Positions 1 to 10,437 of a DNA stretch of 43,482 bases are shown here, piece by piece (position 1 is the stretch's first letter; every line of letters starts with the position of its first letter). Location: assembly GCA_001275005.1 (NCBI GenBank), contig JWZX01003312.1, forward strand, positions 1 through 43,482. The letters are read 5' to 3'. This DNA comes from Chrysochromulina tobinii (Eukaryota). Made by a program: the position numbers and the translations under genes. The notes beneath the pieces are model-generated. The model did no database searches, was not told where the DNA came from, and saw only the letters and a program-made list of their open reading frames with translations.

Positions 1-1555
1 GCCGCCATCGCCATTGCCTCCCCCCCCTTCCCCTTCGCCGCCGCCGCCGAGTGCACGCCGACTTATGCAGGTCGAAACTACCTCTTTGCCGCCGCCGAGT
101 GCACGCCGACTCATGCAGGTCGAAACTACCTCTTTGCCGCCGCCGAGTGCACGCCGACTCATGCAGGTCGAAAATACCCAGCTTGACATGACTAGAGTCA
201 CGACAGTTCGGCTGCCACGCCACCCTGGCGGAGGTCATTGTACCTACGACTACCAGTGCGGCACTACTTCGCGGGGCGTGGCGGTTGTCGGTCGCTGTAT
301 GAACAACCGCTGCACCTGTCCGATGCCATGGGCCGGATCGGCATGCAAGGAGACATCGCGCTGTGCAATGTGGTCCAGCACGACCAGCTGGTTGTACAAC
401 GTCTGCGAACTGGATCCGGATGCAAGCACCGACGACTTCGCGGTCTGCCACTGCAGAGTGGCGGGATCGTTTGACGTGGCAATCGTTGAGCAGAGGACAG
501 ATCCTCCCTTGGATACAACCGAACTCTTGCCGCCGGAGCAGAACCTCTCCTTGCAAGGGACGTGGTACGGCTCGCTCGCGATCTTTATGATCTTTGTGAC
601 GGGAGTACTCGTCGCATCGGCCATTGTCTTCCTCGCCCTCCGGCACGCCGCGAGCCGCAAAGGGCAGAGCATCCTCGAGTACACCCGCGAGAAGAGCAAC
701 AACGCGCGTGAGGGCTTGCGCAAGCTGCTCAACAATGCGCGTGAGGGCTTGCGCAAGCTGCTCAAGAATGCGCGTGAGGGCTTGCGCAAGCTGCTCAGCA
801 GGGCGCGCGAGGCCCTTCGCGAGCTGCGCAACAGCCTGCGCGAGCGGGCTTCCTCGCCACTGCGCGTGCTCGCAGTTCAGCCGAAATGGGATAAGATGGT
901 AAGGCCATCGGATGCAACGGCCGAGCCCGCAGACACGAGCACGGTGGTTTTCGCCCTCACTCACGTCATGGATGAAGCCGAGCGCCTGAAGCGCGAGGCC
1001 CTCGCTATGCGCTTGCACTTTAAGATCAATCGCGAAGCGGCACGCCAGATGTACACCACTGATGCGACTGAAGCTGATTTAGAGGAGGATGGTGTCAGGA
1101 CTCGGCTGGAAGGCCCGATGCCGAGTCCTGACGTCGAGGATGGCGTCAGGAATCGGATCGAGGCCCCGATGCCGAGTCCTGAGAGGGCTCGTACGGAAGT
1201 GCTGCAGAAGATGAACCCTTACGACGAGGATGGCGTCCGGGCTGGGATGGACGCCCCGAAGAGCTCAGTTGGGGGAGCGGATAAAGTTCCGGTCTTCGAT
1301 GTGAAAAAGCCGGTCATCCCCAGGGCGCCTGGCATCTCCAGCGATACGGGTAACTGGAAGGCACTACAAGCTTCGGCACTAGGCGCGCCAGGCGGGCAGG
1401 AGCTGCGCTTGGCAGAGCTCAAGGCAGCTGTGCGTCTCCAAATGCAAGAGCTGCGCTCCCGCCTGCAAGTGAGAGAGGCGATGGAGAACCCTACGTCCTA
1501 CCGGGCGACGATCCCCTCGATAAAAAGTGCATTTGAAGATCCCCAGCCTTTATAG
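1..1555 (+). CDS. 3' part of a single-pass membrane protein: Pro-rich stalk, EGF-like domain, GPS-like motif, TM helix, 11-aa repeat cytoplasmic region (5'-truncated by window)
   Basis: Frame open from window edge to TAG at 1553-1555. EGF-like Cys pattern CTYDYQC...CMNNRCTCPMPWAGSAC (~239-346). GPS-like CAMW..W...C..CHC..SF (~362-487). Hydrophobic SLAIFMIFVTGVLVASAIVFLAL (~572-640). Confidence 0.75.
   Translation, partial: PPSPLPPPPSPSPPPPSARRLMQVETTSLPPPSARRLMQVETTSLPPPSARRLMQVENTQLDMTRVTTVRLPRHPGGGHCTYDYQCGTTSRGVAVVGRCMNNRCTCPMPWAGSACKETSRCAMWSSTTSWLYNVCELDPDASTDDFAVCHCRVAGSFDVAIVEQRTDPPLDTTELLPPEQNLSLQGTWYGSLAIFMIFVTGVLVASAIVFLALRHAASRKGQSILEYTREKSNNAREGLRKLLNNAREGLRKLLKNAREGLRKLLSRAREALRELRNSLRERASSPLRVLAVQPKWDKMVRPSDATAEPADTSTVVFALTHVMDEAERLKREALAMRLHFKINREAARQMYTTDATEADLEEDGVRTRLEGPMPSPDVEDGVRNRIEAPMPSPERARTEVLQKMNPYDEDGVRAGMDAPKSSVGGADKVPVFDVKKPVIPRAPGISSDTGNWKALQASALGAPGGQELRLAELKAAVRLQMQELRSRLQVREAMENPTSYRATIPSIKSAFEDPQPL
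41..173 (+). repeat. 48-nt coding tandem repeat, ~2.7 copies (PPPSARRLMQVETTSL)
   Basis: Near-identical units start at 41, 89 and 137. Confidence 0.9.
698..829 (+). repeat. 33-nt coding tandem repeat, 4 copies (NNAREGLRKLL)
   Basis: Units at 698, 731 and 764 are near-identical; the unit at 797 is diverged. Confidence 0.9.
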
Positions 1556-1821
1556 TGGTCGCGAGAGACCAGAGGGGGTTTCGAGCGCGCGAAGAGATGT
1601 CCCATGCCATACCCAGGTAAGGTTGTACTCTTTCGATTCCGCCGTGGATTCGGAGCGTTCAGGTTGCATGTACATGTTCTCGGGCCGAATCAAACTGCAA
1701 TCTGCATGCATTGCAATCTTCCAAGTTCCTTTATCCAAACTTGATAAACCTACCGAAACACGATCTCGTCTGCACACACTCACCAACTCACACACCATCA
1801 TTTTAGCAACAAGCGCGTCAC

Positions 1822-3213
1822 ATGCAGGGTTTCATTCACATCCTGCTACTCACCGTGCCGACAATTACACGCCCGCCTTCGCCGCCGTCACCACCTCCGC
1901 CATCTCCACCACTCCCATCTCCTCCACCACCATCTCCACCGCCGCCATCTCCGCCGCCACCTTCTCCACCTCCACCCTCTCCGCCACCGCCCTCCCCTCC
2001 GCTGCCGTCGCCACCACCGCCGTCACCACCGCCCCCGACGCCCCCCCCTCCGCCCTCACCAGCTCCTCCACCTCCGTCACCATCTCCGAGACCATCACTG
2101 CCCCCGCCTCCGCTTCCGCCTCCACCTCCGGTTCCCTTCTCAGCCATGCTGGTTGAGGCGATGATTCTCGTGCCAAGCCGGACATTTGGTTCTTACTACT
2201 TGGTCCCTATCGTGAACGAGCTGCGAGTTCGCGTGGCGCAGGTACTGCAGATCTGGATGGTGCTCGTGTCGACCTCCCTCGATGTTCCCGATGACGCCAC
2301 CGTGCGCATCTGCATCCACATCCTCTGTGACAATCCATCGGACGGAATGACCACGATGCAAGGGCTGTCGCAGCTGCTCGCCAACCCAAGCCAAAGCCTG
2401 AATTCTGAGATGATCGATGTGCTGCGATTCTCACCGACGCCCGCACTGCGCCTGGTAGCTCTCTCTCCACCGCCACCGAGCCCAAGGCCGCCCCCGCCGA
2501 CGGCGCCACCCCCAACGCCATCTCCGATGCTCATCTACTTCTACACTCTCGTCGGCGTCACGGTCGCACTCATGCTCACGACGGCGCTCTTCTTTCGCCT
2601 CTACCTGCGCCATCGCAAGCTAGCGCGCCGCCTAGCGCGGGTCGGACCTGTGGGGTCTGTGCCCGTCCAGGTTGGACGGGTCGTGCAGCAGCACCCCCCG
2701 CAGCCTCCTGCGCCGCAGCAGCACCCCCCTCAAATCGGCATGATCCGTAGCGGGTATAGAGCGATCCTTGGCGGCTGCGGCAGCACGAGGCGCGTCGCTG
2801 CCATGCCCATCGCTACCGAAGACAGAAGCCGCTCGCTTGCCCTCCCAACAAGAGCTCCCGTGGTCGAGCACGTCTTTGTGTCGAACACCGAGCCGCGGAC
2901 CGCGGTCTTGCTGGAGCAGATGCAGGAGTCGTTCCGCAACCCGGAATCTGAAGAAGCTTCTGACGACTCCGCCAATGAGGCCTGGGCCGAGGGACAGCAC
3001 GACCTGGTCGTACAGGCTCCGGAGGATCTGGCAATTCTGGCGGCGACCACTGGGGAAGCTGTCTCAGTTCCCGCGGCCACGACGGCCGTCCTCGAGGAGC
3101 TTGATGCAGTTGGCCAGGCTCCTGTTTTCCCCGCCCGGGGCGTAATGTACCAGGATCTGGTCCCGGAGATGGATTGGCGCAGCGAGTCCGGGTTGGGTCA
3201 GGGAGCGTCATGA
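1822..3213 (+). CDS. Extensin-like (SPPPP-repeat) type I membrane protein, 463 aa
   Basis: Intronless ORF. Hydrophobic N-terminus (MQGFIHILLLTVP), long Ser-Pro4 repeat tract (~1876-2130), ~105 aa globular segment, second Pro tract, TM helix LIYFYTLVGVTVALMLTTALFF followed by basic residues. Confidence 0.8.
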   Translation: MQGFIHILLLTVPTITRPPSPPSPPPPSPPLPSPPPPSPPPPSPPPPSPPPPSPPPPSPPLPSPPPPSPPPPTPPPPPSPAPPPPSPSPRPSLPPPPLPPPPPVPFSAMLVEAMILVPSRTFGSYYLVPIVNELRVRVAQVLQIWMVLVSTSLDVPDDATVRICIHILCDNPSDGMTTMQGLSQLLANPSQSLNSEMIDVLRFSPTPALRLVALSPPPPSPRPPPPTAPPPTPSPMLIYFYTLVGVTVALMLTTALFFRLYLRHRKLARRLARVGPVGSVPVQVGRVVQQHPPQPPAPQQHPPQIGMIRSGYRAILGGCGSTRRVAAMPIATEDRSRSLALPTRAPVVEHVFVSNTEPRTAVLLEQMQESFRNPESEEASDDSANEAWAEGQHDLVVQAPEDLAILAATTGEAVSVPAATTAVLEELDAVGQAPVFPARGVMYQDLVPEMDWRSESGLGQGAS

Positions 3214-3541
3214 AAAACGAAGCTAGTGCAGAAAATGAGACGCTCTCTCGCGCTCATTTATCTACGTACACGCTGTGGGTCCCTAGATATGACTCCCTCC
3301 AGTGAACCTCCAGCTTTACTGTTACAGTTCTCAGTTTCGGCCGCGCCTCGTTTACGCGTTTGACCGAGCGAGTGTAAGCGAGTGCGGAGGTCGGGAGACA
3401 ACTACGCTCGGATCTCCGGTAGAGCTCAGCAACCCCTCGTAACTCCCTCGTTCTGATGGATCTCCGTGCCCAGGCACCTGAAATACATGTTGTAGCCGTA
3501 GCATGCATTCGTATGTACAGTGAACTCTGCACATTTGCCAA

Positions 3542-6500
3542 ATGTTTTGGTGGTTGGCATTTCTGATGGCTCCTCGAAAGCCGTCTTCGAAGGCACTAGC
3601 AGCTGAGGTTGTGCCCGTCATCATTGACGAGCCGCAGCTACAGGTACTGCCAGTCGCCAGTGACGATCGCCCCACGGTCGTGGAGAAATGCCGCCTGAAG
3701 GGCAAGTGTTTCGAGGAGCAGGTGACGGTGAGAAGCGAAGCGTCCTATGTAATTGAGGCCTGCAACGAGGATGGCGTCCAGCGCCCAGTGGGTGGCGACC
3801 CTTTCTTCGTGTACATTCGTGGACCGTCCATGATTCGTGCGAGGGTCACCGATAACAACGATGGGACGTACCTTGTGCAGTGGAAGCCGTCCACATCAGG
3901 CACGTACACAGTTGCCGTCTCGCTCCTCGGCGTGAACTTGCCCGGCTCGCCGGCTACGGTTCACGTGACCACGACGAAACCCTGTCCGATGAAGACGGTC
4001 GTGCGCGGTGAGCACCTTCATCACGCAGTCTCGCGCCAGCAACACAACTTCGACGTCCTCTTCAAGGATAAGTTGGGGAAAGTGGCACATGCGGTCGACC
4101 TCGACGTGTTCGTCGAGCCGCTCCCGCCAAACAGCCCGCGCTTCCGCCTTCACGAGACCTTGGTCGCCGCCAAAGAGGCCGCGGCCGCCGCCGTGGTTGC
4201 GACCCCCGCGCCCAAGGCCAAGAAGACCAAAGCGACAGGCGCTACAAAAGGTAAGGACGCGCAGCTCAAGGCGCAGCAGGAGCGCGAGAAGGAGGAAGCC
4301 GAGCAGGCTGAGAAGGAGTTGGAGGAGAAGCTCGTACGCGAGCGCAATGCAAACAAAAGAAACAAGAGACCTTCCAAAGAGTTCCCGCCCATGCCAGCCC
4401 TTCTCAATCTAGAGAAGCTGAGCAGTGGCGGTGGCGGCACCCCGCGCCGTGAGTACTCGGCCCAACGCGAGGCCGATCGGCAGGGCAGTTCCCGCACCGG
4501 CACGGCGCGAAGTGCTCGCCCGGACCGACGACCAGAGAAGCAGGTCACGGTGCGCCATCGGATGATGCGCGTGAAGGTGGGCGACAAGCCGTTGCTCGTG
4601 CGCGCTGAGGCACACAAGGGATCGGAGGAGGTAGGGCGCCTGTTGCCGGGGCAGGTGGTCACAATCATCGAGGAGCAGATCGACGAGGATGGGGAGGTGC
4701 GCGCATGCATCTCGCTCGATTCGATCGGCGATGCGGTTGACGACGCGGCCGCCTCCTACCGCTCGGAAGTCCCCGACGCTCACTACGACGCCGCGCTCGG
4801 CACGCTCACGACGACGCCCAATCCGTCGCATCGAGGGGTAGGGACCGTCCGTCCACTCGCGCCGCGCATCGGGATGGGCATGCTCAGCTCGGCTGCAGCC
4901 TCGCTCGGCCTCGGCGGGAAGCTCCTTGGCGCCGTGGACCCCGCCCTTGGCGCCAAGGACCCCGCCCTCACGGCCCCCACCGTCGCCATACGCAGCTCCG
5001 ACGGTGCGAATGCCGCGCCGGAGTCCGCCGTGGTGAGCGCGGGGGTGCCGACGGCGGCCGTTTTCGTGGACGCGTCAGACACCGCGCGGTCCCGAGAGGC
5101 CGCCAGCGAAGAGGGCGCCGATTTTCGCAGAGGCAGCAGCAGCAATAGGAGCCGACCCTCCAATCAAAACGCATCGTTCGTGCCGGTGAGTGGCGCCAAG
5201 GCGCGTGCGCCTAGCGCCGCCCAGCCCAGCGCAGCACGCACGACGGGATGGGTGACGCTAGTCAAGAACGGCCAGAAGCTCGTCTCGTCCCGTGTGCAGC
5301 TCGGCCCCGGCTCCCGCCGGCAGTACATGCAGCAATGGGCTCGTCGTAAGGCGAATGACCGCGCGATGTCCGCGCCCGTCGGCGCCGACGGGCGCCCAAC
5401 CGAGGCGCCCGCCGTGTTCAAGAATATGCCCACCCGCAACGAGATCGAGGCAGATCCATCGGGGATCGCGTTTGCCTTTGGGGGAGTCGAGCCCGGTACA
5501 CTGCATGCACGTGGCCAGTTGCTCGAGGTGCACAAGGCCGCGTACTCGGTCGGGCGTGCCGGCCAATACCTGCTGCACGTGCGCATGCGCCAAGCGGCGT
5601 GCTCCCTGCCAGGCTCGCCCTTTGTACTCACGGTCGTACCGGCAGGCGCGTATGCGAAATCCTCCAAGCTCCCTTCCCATCCGCTGAGTGGGATGGTGGG
5701 TACGGCGGAGAAGGACGGGTGCGAGTGCGAGCTGAAGACGTCGGATAAGATGGGGAATCCCTGCATCCTTGGCGGTGCCAAGGTCGAGATTCTCATCGTC
5801 GAGAAGGCGGGCGACCCGAACGGCCGCACCAAGCCCTCCAAGCCCGCCAAGGGCGGATCAGACCTTGCAGTGGGCTCGACCGAGGCACGCGAGAAGGCCA
5901 TCAACACTGTGGTGGTGGACAGGGGCGATGGCACGTACACGTTGCGCTGGACCTCGAAATTCTCGGGCACCTTCCGCACGCGCGTCGTGATCGACGGCGA
6001 GGACGTCGTCGGATCACCTACCATCTTCAAGCTCATCTCGTCCACACCGGACCTTACCAAGACCGTGCTCACCAGTGAGGGGCTCAAGAGCGCCATGGCG
6101 GGCCGCCCCTCGACGGTGCAGATCGCCTTCGTCGACCAGTTCCTCAACACGGCCTCCCCTAACTCAAAGTTCCAATTCGGCATCGCTCTCGTGCCGCGCC
6201 ATGGTGGCGAGCGTGATAAGGTGGCCAAGGTGCCCGAGCATAAGTTCCAAGGGTCGTGGACGGGCGGCGCGACGGGCATCTTTGAGCTCCAGTACGTGCC
6301 CACGCAGGCGGGCCAGGCGGATCTGCACGTGTGGTGCATCCCCGAGGGAAAGGGCGAGCGGCTCGCCCTTCCGGGCTCACCCTTCCATCTGCACATTGCC
6401 GAGGGCCCCGCGAGCGCCGTCGCATCGGTCGTCGAGGGCTGGACGAAGGTCATGAAGGACGATAAGAATGAAAAGTTCGCCAAGGACAAGAATGCGGACC

Positions 6501-7603
6501 TGTCAGTGCTGTATACGTCGGACACAATCTCCATCCGGCCGCTAATCTATGATGAGTTTGGGAACGGCGCCGCGCTGCCCGAGGATGCGCTTGTCATCGT
6601 GCACGACCTGCCGTCCGGCGTGAAGCATCCCCTAGGGTTCACTCAGACAACCAAGGGCGGTCTGACGACGTACGACATCCGGCACGACCTGACGAATGCA
6701 GGCGAACACGCGGTGCATATCTTGCTTCATGGGAAGCCCATCCGTGGTTCCCCCGTCACGTTCAGCGTCCAGCCGAGCAAGCCGGACCCGGGCTTTTGCA
6801 AGATCCTCTCTCCCGACGACACGACGTTCTGGACAAACCGCAGCTACTGCTTCACTCTGAAGACGTACGACCGCTTCGGCAATGAGTGCAAGCTGGGCGG
6901 TCTGGCCATCTCGAATCGTCTCGCGCTCGTCAAGCAGAATGCGCGCGATCAGACGTCCCTCGTCCCCTCGAACCATAAGCTCTCGTGGGACGATAACCAG
7001 GACGGCACGTATGAGATCCTCGTCATCCTCAACATCCCGTGCACGGTCCGGCTCATTGTCAACGTGGATAAGAACATGCAGGCTGGCATGGGCGAGCTGC
7101 CGGCGGTCTCGCTCGCGTTCCTCGACTCAAACACGGCCACCGAGGAGAACAACCCCGAGAAGAAGCTTACGCCGGCAGCCAAGAAGGCCTCGCTCACGAG
7201 GTCTAACACGAAAACACTGTCCACCAGCGCCGTTACGGGCGAATCAGCCACAGGCAGCATTGGCAGCGAGGTCACGGACGAGAACGAAGAGCGCCCTTCC
7301 CCCCAGCAGGGCTCGCCCACGGGCTCGCCCTCGGCGCAGCGGCGCACTATAGCGAGCAGCAACGGCACCAGCGAGAAGCGGCAGGGCGAGGCGGCGCTGG
7401 CCGAAGATGTGCCGTCCTTCAATAACTGGCTTGCTGGCCTTGTCGATGGCAGTGAGACAATCGCCGACAGACCTCCCTCGCCACCACCGTTCACGTCGAG
7501 CACGGGCAGCACCAGGAAGCTGGTCCAGGAAGCAAACATCACACCGCGCAATACCGCAGAGCTCGAGCAGTGGCGCCGTAAGCAGGCGTTGCAAGCCAAG
7601 TGA
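3542..7603 (+). CDS. Filamin/ABP280-repeat protein (~6 Ig-like repeats) with an inserted SH3b-like domain, 1353 aa (start may be 3566)
   Basis: Repeated filamin signatures: VTDNNDGTYLVQW..SGTYTVAVSLLGVNLPGSP, VVDRGDGTYTLRW..DGEDVVGSP, HGKPIRGSPVTFSV, DNQDGTYEI, KTYDRFGN. Confidence 0.88.
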   Translation: MFWWLAFLMAPRKPSSKALAAEVVPVIIDEPQLQVLPVASDDRPTVVEKCRLKGKCFEEQVTVRSEASYVIEACNEDGVQRPVGGDPFFVYIRGPSMIRARVTDNNDGTYLVQWKPSTSGTYTVAVSLLGVNLPGSPATVHVTTTKPCPMKTVVRGEHLHHAVSRQQHNFDVLFKDKLGKVAHAVDLDVFVEPLPPNSPRFRLHETLVAAKEAAAAAVVATPAPKAKKTKATGATKGKDAQLKAQQEREKEEAEQAEKELEEKLVRERNANKRNKRPSKEFPPMPALLNLEKLSSGGGGTPRREYSAQREADRQGSSRTGTARSARPDRRPEKQVTVRHRMMRVKVGDKPLLVRAEAHKGSEEVGRLLPGQVVTIIEEQIDEDGEVRACISLDSIGDAVDDAAASYRSEVPDAHYDAALGTLTTTPNPSHRGVGTVRPLAPRIGMGMLSSAAASLGLGGKLLGAVDPALGAKDPALTAPTVAIRSSDGANAAPESAVVSAGVPTAAVFVDASDTARSREAASEEGADFRRGSSSNRSRPSNQNASFVPVSGAKARAPSAAQPSAARTTGWVTLVKNGQKLVSSRVQLGPGSRRQYMQQWARRKANDRAMSAPVGADGRPTEAPAVFKNMPTRNEIEADPSGIAFAFGGVEPGTLHARGQLLEVHKAAYSVGRAGQYLLHVRMRQAACSLPGSPFVLTVVPAGAYAKSSKLPSHPLSGMVGTAEKDGCECELKTSDKMGNPCILGGAKVEILIVEKAGDPNGRTKPSKPAKGGSDLAVGSTEAREKAINTVVVDRGDGTYTLRWTSKFSGTFRTRVVIDGEDVVGSPTIFKLISSTPDLTKTVLTSEGLKSAMAGRPSTVQIAFVDQFLNTASPNSKFQFGIALVPRHGGERDKVAKVPEHKFQGSWTGGATGIFELQYVPTQAGQADLHVWCIPEGKGERLALPGSPFHLHIAEGPASAVASVVEGWTKVMKDDKNEKFAKDKNADLSVLYTSDTISIRPLIYDEFGNGAALPEDALVIVHDLPSGVKHPLGFTQTTKGGLTTYDIRHDLTNAGEHAVHILLHGKPIRGSPVTFSVQPSKPDPGFCKILSPDDTTFWTNRSYCFTLKTYDRFGNECKLGGLAISNRLALVKQNARDQTSLVPSNHKLSWDDNQDGTYEILVILNIPCTVRLIVNVDKNMQAGMGELPAVSLAFLDSNTATEENNPEKKLTPAAKKASLTRSNTKTLSTSAVTGESATGSIGSEVTDENEERPSPQQGSPTGSPSAQRRTIASSNGTSEKRQGEAALAEDVPSFNNWLAGLVDGSETIADRPPSPPPFTSSTGSTRKLVQEANITPRNTAELEQWRRKQALQAK

Positions 7604-7950
7604 AAATGTTACTGCTTCAGTAACGACTAACTCGTGTCCACACCGCGTCGTGTCACAAAGATGGTACATGTAGTGTACATGTACAAGCTGAAAGCAGCCA
7701 CTTACTACGCAGCCACTTACTACTAAAAACACAGTGCTGCTGATGCTGTTCAACACAACGCGCAAAACCTCCGGACTCCATACAGGGGCCCGCTATCGCA
7801 TGGACGCAGCGCGACGCTGCTACGCGCTCAACACAGCTCCGAAAGTTGACTCGCCTTACCGGTACCGTACTGCGGCGTTGGACGTCCCGGCCGAGAGGAG
7901 GAGGTGGTGCGCTGCGCGCCCCGGCACTCGAGGCCACCACCATATATTAA

Positions 7951-10437
7951 ATGCGCCGCCGCCGCCATCGCGGCGGCCTCGCTCACGCCCTGATTATTGC
8001 CGTGTGCTGGCCAAGCGCACGTGGCCGAGATTCCACTCCATTCACTGTGGACGTCGTTGCCAACTGCACGCCATTTGCTGAGGAAGTGCTGCGCGCCCAC
8101 GCTGGATCGCCAATCATCCTGACCTACTGGACCAATGCGCCTACGGACACCTGGCTGCTCGGTCTCACAGCTGCAGCGCACGGCCTGCCGCTCGTTGTCG
8201 TGGGGCATGGTCGAGGCCGTTTTAACATAGCGAGTGGCACGGGAGCCAAGATCACTGGCTACCTACGAGCGTTGCAGATCGTTGAAGCCGTTGCACGGAG
8301 TGCTGCAGTCGTGGTGACAGACGCAACCGACACTGTCATCGTGAACGCGCCAAGCGGCCAAACTTCTGCCACTAAGGCGATCAAGCAAGCCTTGGAAACA
8401 TCAGCCGTGCTGACCTCTGCCGAGTGCGGCTCATGGCCAAAATGCTACGCCCCGCTGTATGCACATGATTTGGTGCACCAGCAGTGCCGCGCGGAAGGCA
8501 ATCCTACGTGCTTTGCCAACTCAGGCGCTTACCTTGGTTCCGCGGCCGCGCTCAAGGCTATGTTCGCGGAGCAGGTGCGAATGATGACCAGCTTTGCCGC
8601 TTTGCGGAAGAAGAGGCGGGGAACGCTCCGGAACATGAAAGTTGGCGAGGTGCACAACCATTCAATCGGTGGCGTGGAGCTTAACGACGATCAGGCTGTA
8701 CTGCACTACCTCTACCTCAACCAGTCACGAGACAACCTTGGCGTGACACTTCGGATGGACGTGCACAGCTCCTTCTTTCTCAGCACCTGGAGATGCCACG
8801 ACCGTGTCTGGCCACGTGTCCATACTGTCGTCGGTCCTTTTGAGCGGTGCCACGAGATGAAGCACGATCCCGCAGCGCGAATCATTCAGCCGCATCCAGG
8901 TTCGGCTTCTTCGCTGCGATACAACGCGAGTGACGGCAGTGAGCAGCAGCCCTTTCTTCTGCACGCCAATGGGAAAGATGGCTTCCTGCAACCAAGCCGC
9001 GTGCGAGCCAACCCGAGGCTGAAGCACCTCGCTGACACCCAGGAGCGCATGCGCAACGCCCCTGAAGCGCTTTTACGACACCCAGTGTTGTTCCTCGACT
9101 CGCACAGCCAGCCTTGCCATTCCATGAGCTTGGCGGACTTTCTTCGCACCGGGTCCTCCTCTATACTGAATCGTCGCGCGCGTGCCACGCGAGTTTCTGT
9201 ACCGCCTCCGGCTCCTTCTGCTCCGCTGTCTCTAATTACGAACTCCCCGGGCGCCACCGGCCGATCAGAGCACAGGTGTTGCGCATTCAGCGACCACCCG
9301 ATGGTGGGCCCGGCCTTGGGCTTCAACTGCGACGCCAAAGGAGGGGACGTGCATGGGGGGTGCCGCAATGCCTGTTGCGAGGGGAAGTGTTGTGTGCCGA
9401 TACTACAATGCCGATACTACAATGCTGGTGCACTCGGCGGAACAGTCTGCGCCGATACGGCCTCCAACCCAGAGCTCAAAGCGGGACGGGGTCCGAACTA
9501 TGCCCACTTCATGCTCGCACTGGTGTACCCGCTACTGACGGCCATGGACGCGGGCATGCTTCGCGATGGCTCCGCGAGCCAACTGATGCTCGTCTACGGC
9601 AGTCAGAACATGGTCCTAGTCGCACGCCATAAGCTGGAGCGCATCCTGGGCTCAAACGTGACGTGCAAGCGAGCACTCATCTCGGAGGACGAGCTTAAGG
9701 CAGCGTGCAGCAGGGAACGGGTCATCACGGTACGAGTGCCGGTCATGAGCTTCTACAACCGAACCTTTTACTCTCGCGCACGCCTCTTTGCGGATGTGGT
9801 GTCGAGCAGGCTGGGCCTCTATCGGCTGCCGTTGGTGCGGCCTGCACGGTCCGTGGGCCAAGTCACAGGCCTCGATCTGCGAATTGTGGTCCTCTTGCGT
9901 GCGAATAGCACCAACTCGAAATCGCTCGAGGTGCGCGAGCGGCAGGTGCACAATCTCTCTCTAGCGTGCGATCCGCAGTATGCACGTGCACTGGGAGAGC
10001 GCGCTGGTGTGCAGCTCGAGTGCGTCAGCCTGGGTGCGCAAAGTTCGATGGAGCAGAATGCGCGCGCGATTGGTGGCGAGAGAACCATCGGGCTCTTGGC
10101 CGGGCATGGCGCAGGGCTTGCAAACCTAATCTTCATGCGACCCGGCGCCGTGTTGGTCGAGATCGATTCGGTGGCGAACAAGGACACTGATCGCAACATG
10201 TATCAGATGCTTGCACACGCCGTCGGTGTGGTGCCGACGAAGTTGTGGCTCGACAACGCTGGGCGCCATTACCCCGGCTTGCAATCGCAGCCCGTGCGCC
10301 ATCGGATCTCGCCTAAACGGCCGGGCTCAACGGGAGGTTGGCTCAAGGGGAGATACTCGTCCAACGTGCTCCTCAAAGAGGCTGTCCTAGCAGCCACGGT
10401 ACACAACATCACCCGGCGTGTGATAGGAACACGTTAG
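7951..10437 (+). CDS. Two-domain glycosyltransferase: N-terminal PLOD/LH3-GT-like domain plus C-terminal GT61 (DUF563) domain, 828 aa
   Basis: N-terminal signal/anchor. GT-A-like motifs VVVTDATD, SAECGSWP, FANSGAYLG, DDQ, LHANG. GT61 motifs NYAHFM, GHGAGLANLIFMRPGAVLVEI, MYQMLAHAVG. Confidence 0.8.
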   Translation: MRRRRHRGGLAHALIIAVCWPSARGRDSTPFTVDVVANCTPFAEEVLRAHAGSPIILTYWTNAPTDTWLLGLTAAAHGLPLVVVGHGRGRFNIASGTGAKITGYLRALQIVEAVARSAAVVVTDATDTVIVNAPSGQTSATKAIKQALETSAVLTSAECGSWPKCYAPLYAHDLVHQQCRAEGNPTCFANSGAYLGSAAALKAMFAEQVRMMTSFAALRKKRRGTLRNMKVGEVHNHSIGGVELNDDQAVLHYLYLNQSRDNLGVTLRMDVHSSFFLSTWRCHDRVWPRVHTVVGPFERCHEMKHDPAARIIQPHPGSASSLRYNASDGSEQQPFLLHANGKDGFLQPSRVRANPRLKHLADTQERMRNAPEALLRHPVLFLDSHSQPCHSMSLADFLRTGSSSILNRRARATRVSVPPPAPSAPLSLITNSPGATGRSEHRCCAFSDHPMVGPALGFNCDAKGGDVHGGCRNACCEGKCCVPILQCRYYNAGALGGTVCADTASNPELKAGRGPNYAHFMLALVYPLLTAMDAGMLRDGSASQLMLVYGSQNMVLVARHKLERILGSNVTCKRALISEDELKAACSRERVITVRVPVMSFYNRTFYSRARLFADVVSSRLGLYRLPLVRPARSVGQVTGLDLRIVVLLRANSTNSKSLEVRERQVHNLSLACDPQYARALGERAGVQLECVSLGAQSSMEQNARAIGGERTIGLLAGHGAGLANLIFMRPGAVLVEIDSVANKDTDRNMYQMLAHAVGVVPTKLWLDNAGRHYPGLQSQPVRHRISPKRPGSTGGWLKGRYSSNVLLKEAVLAATVHNITRRVIGTR

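Noticed and set aside
1527..2156. 209-aa Ser/Thr/Ala-rich ORF
   Set aside because: Alternative frame of the SPPPP repeat of the 1822-3213 gene, which has the coherent signal and TM architecture.
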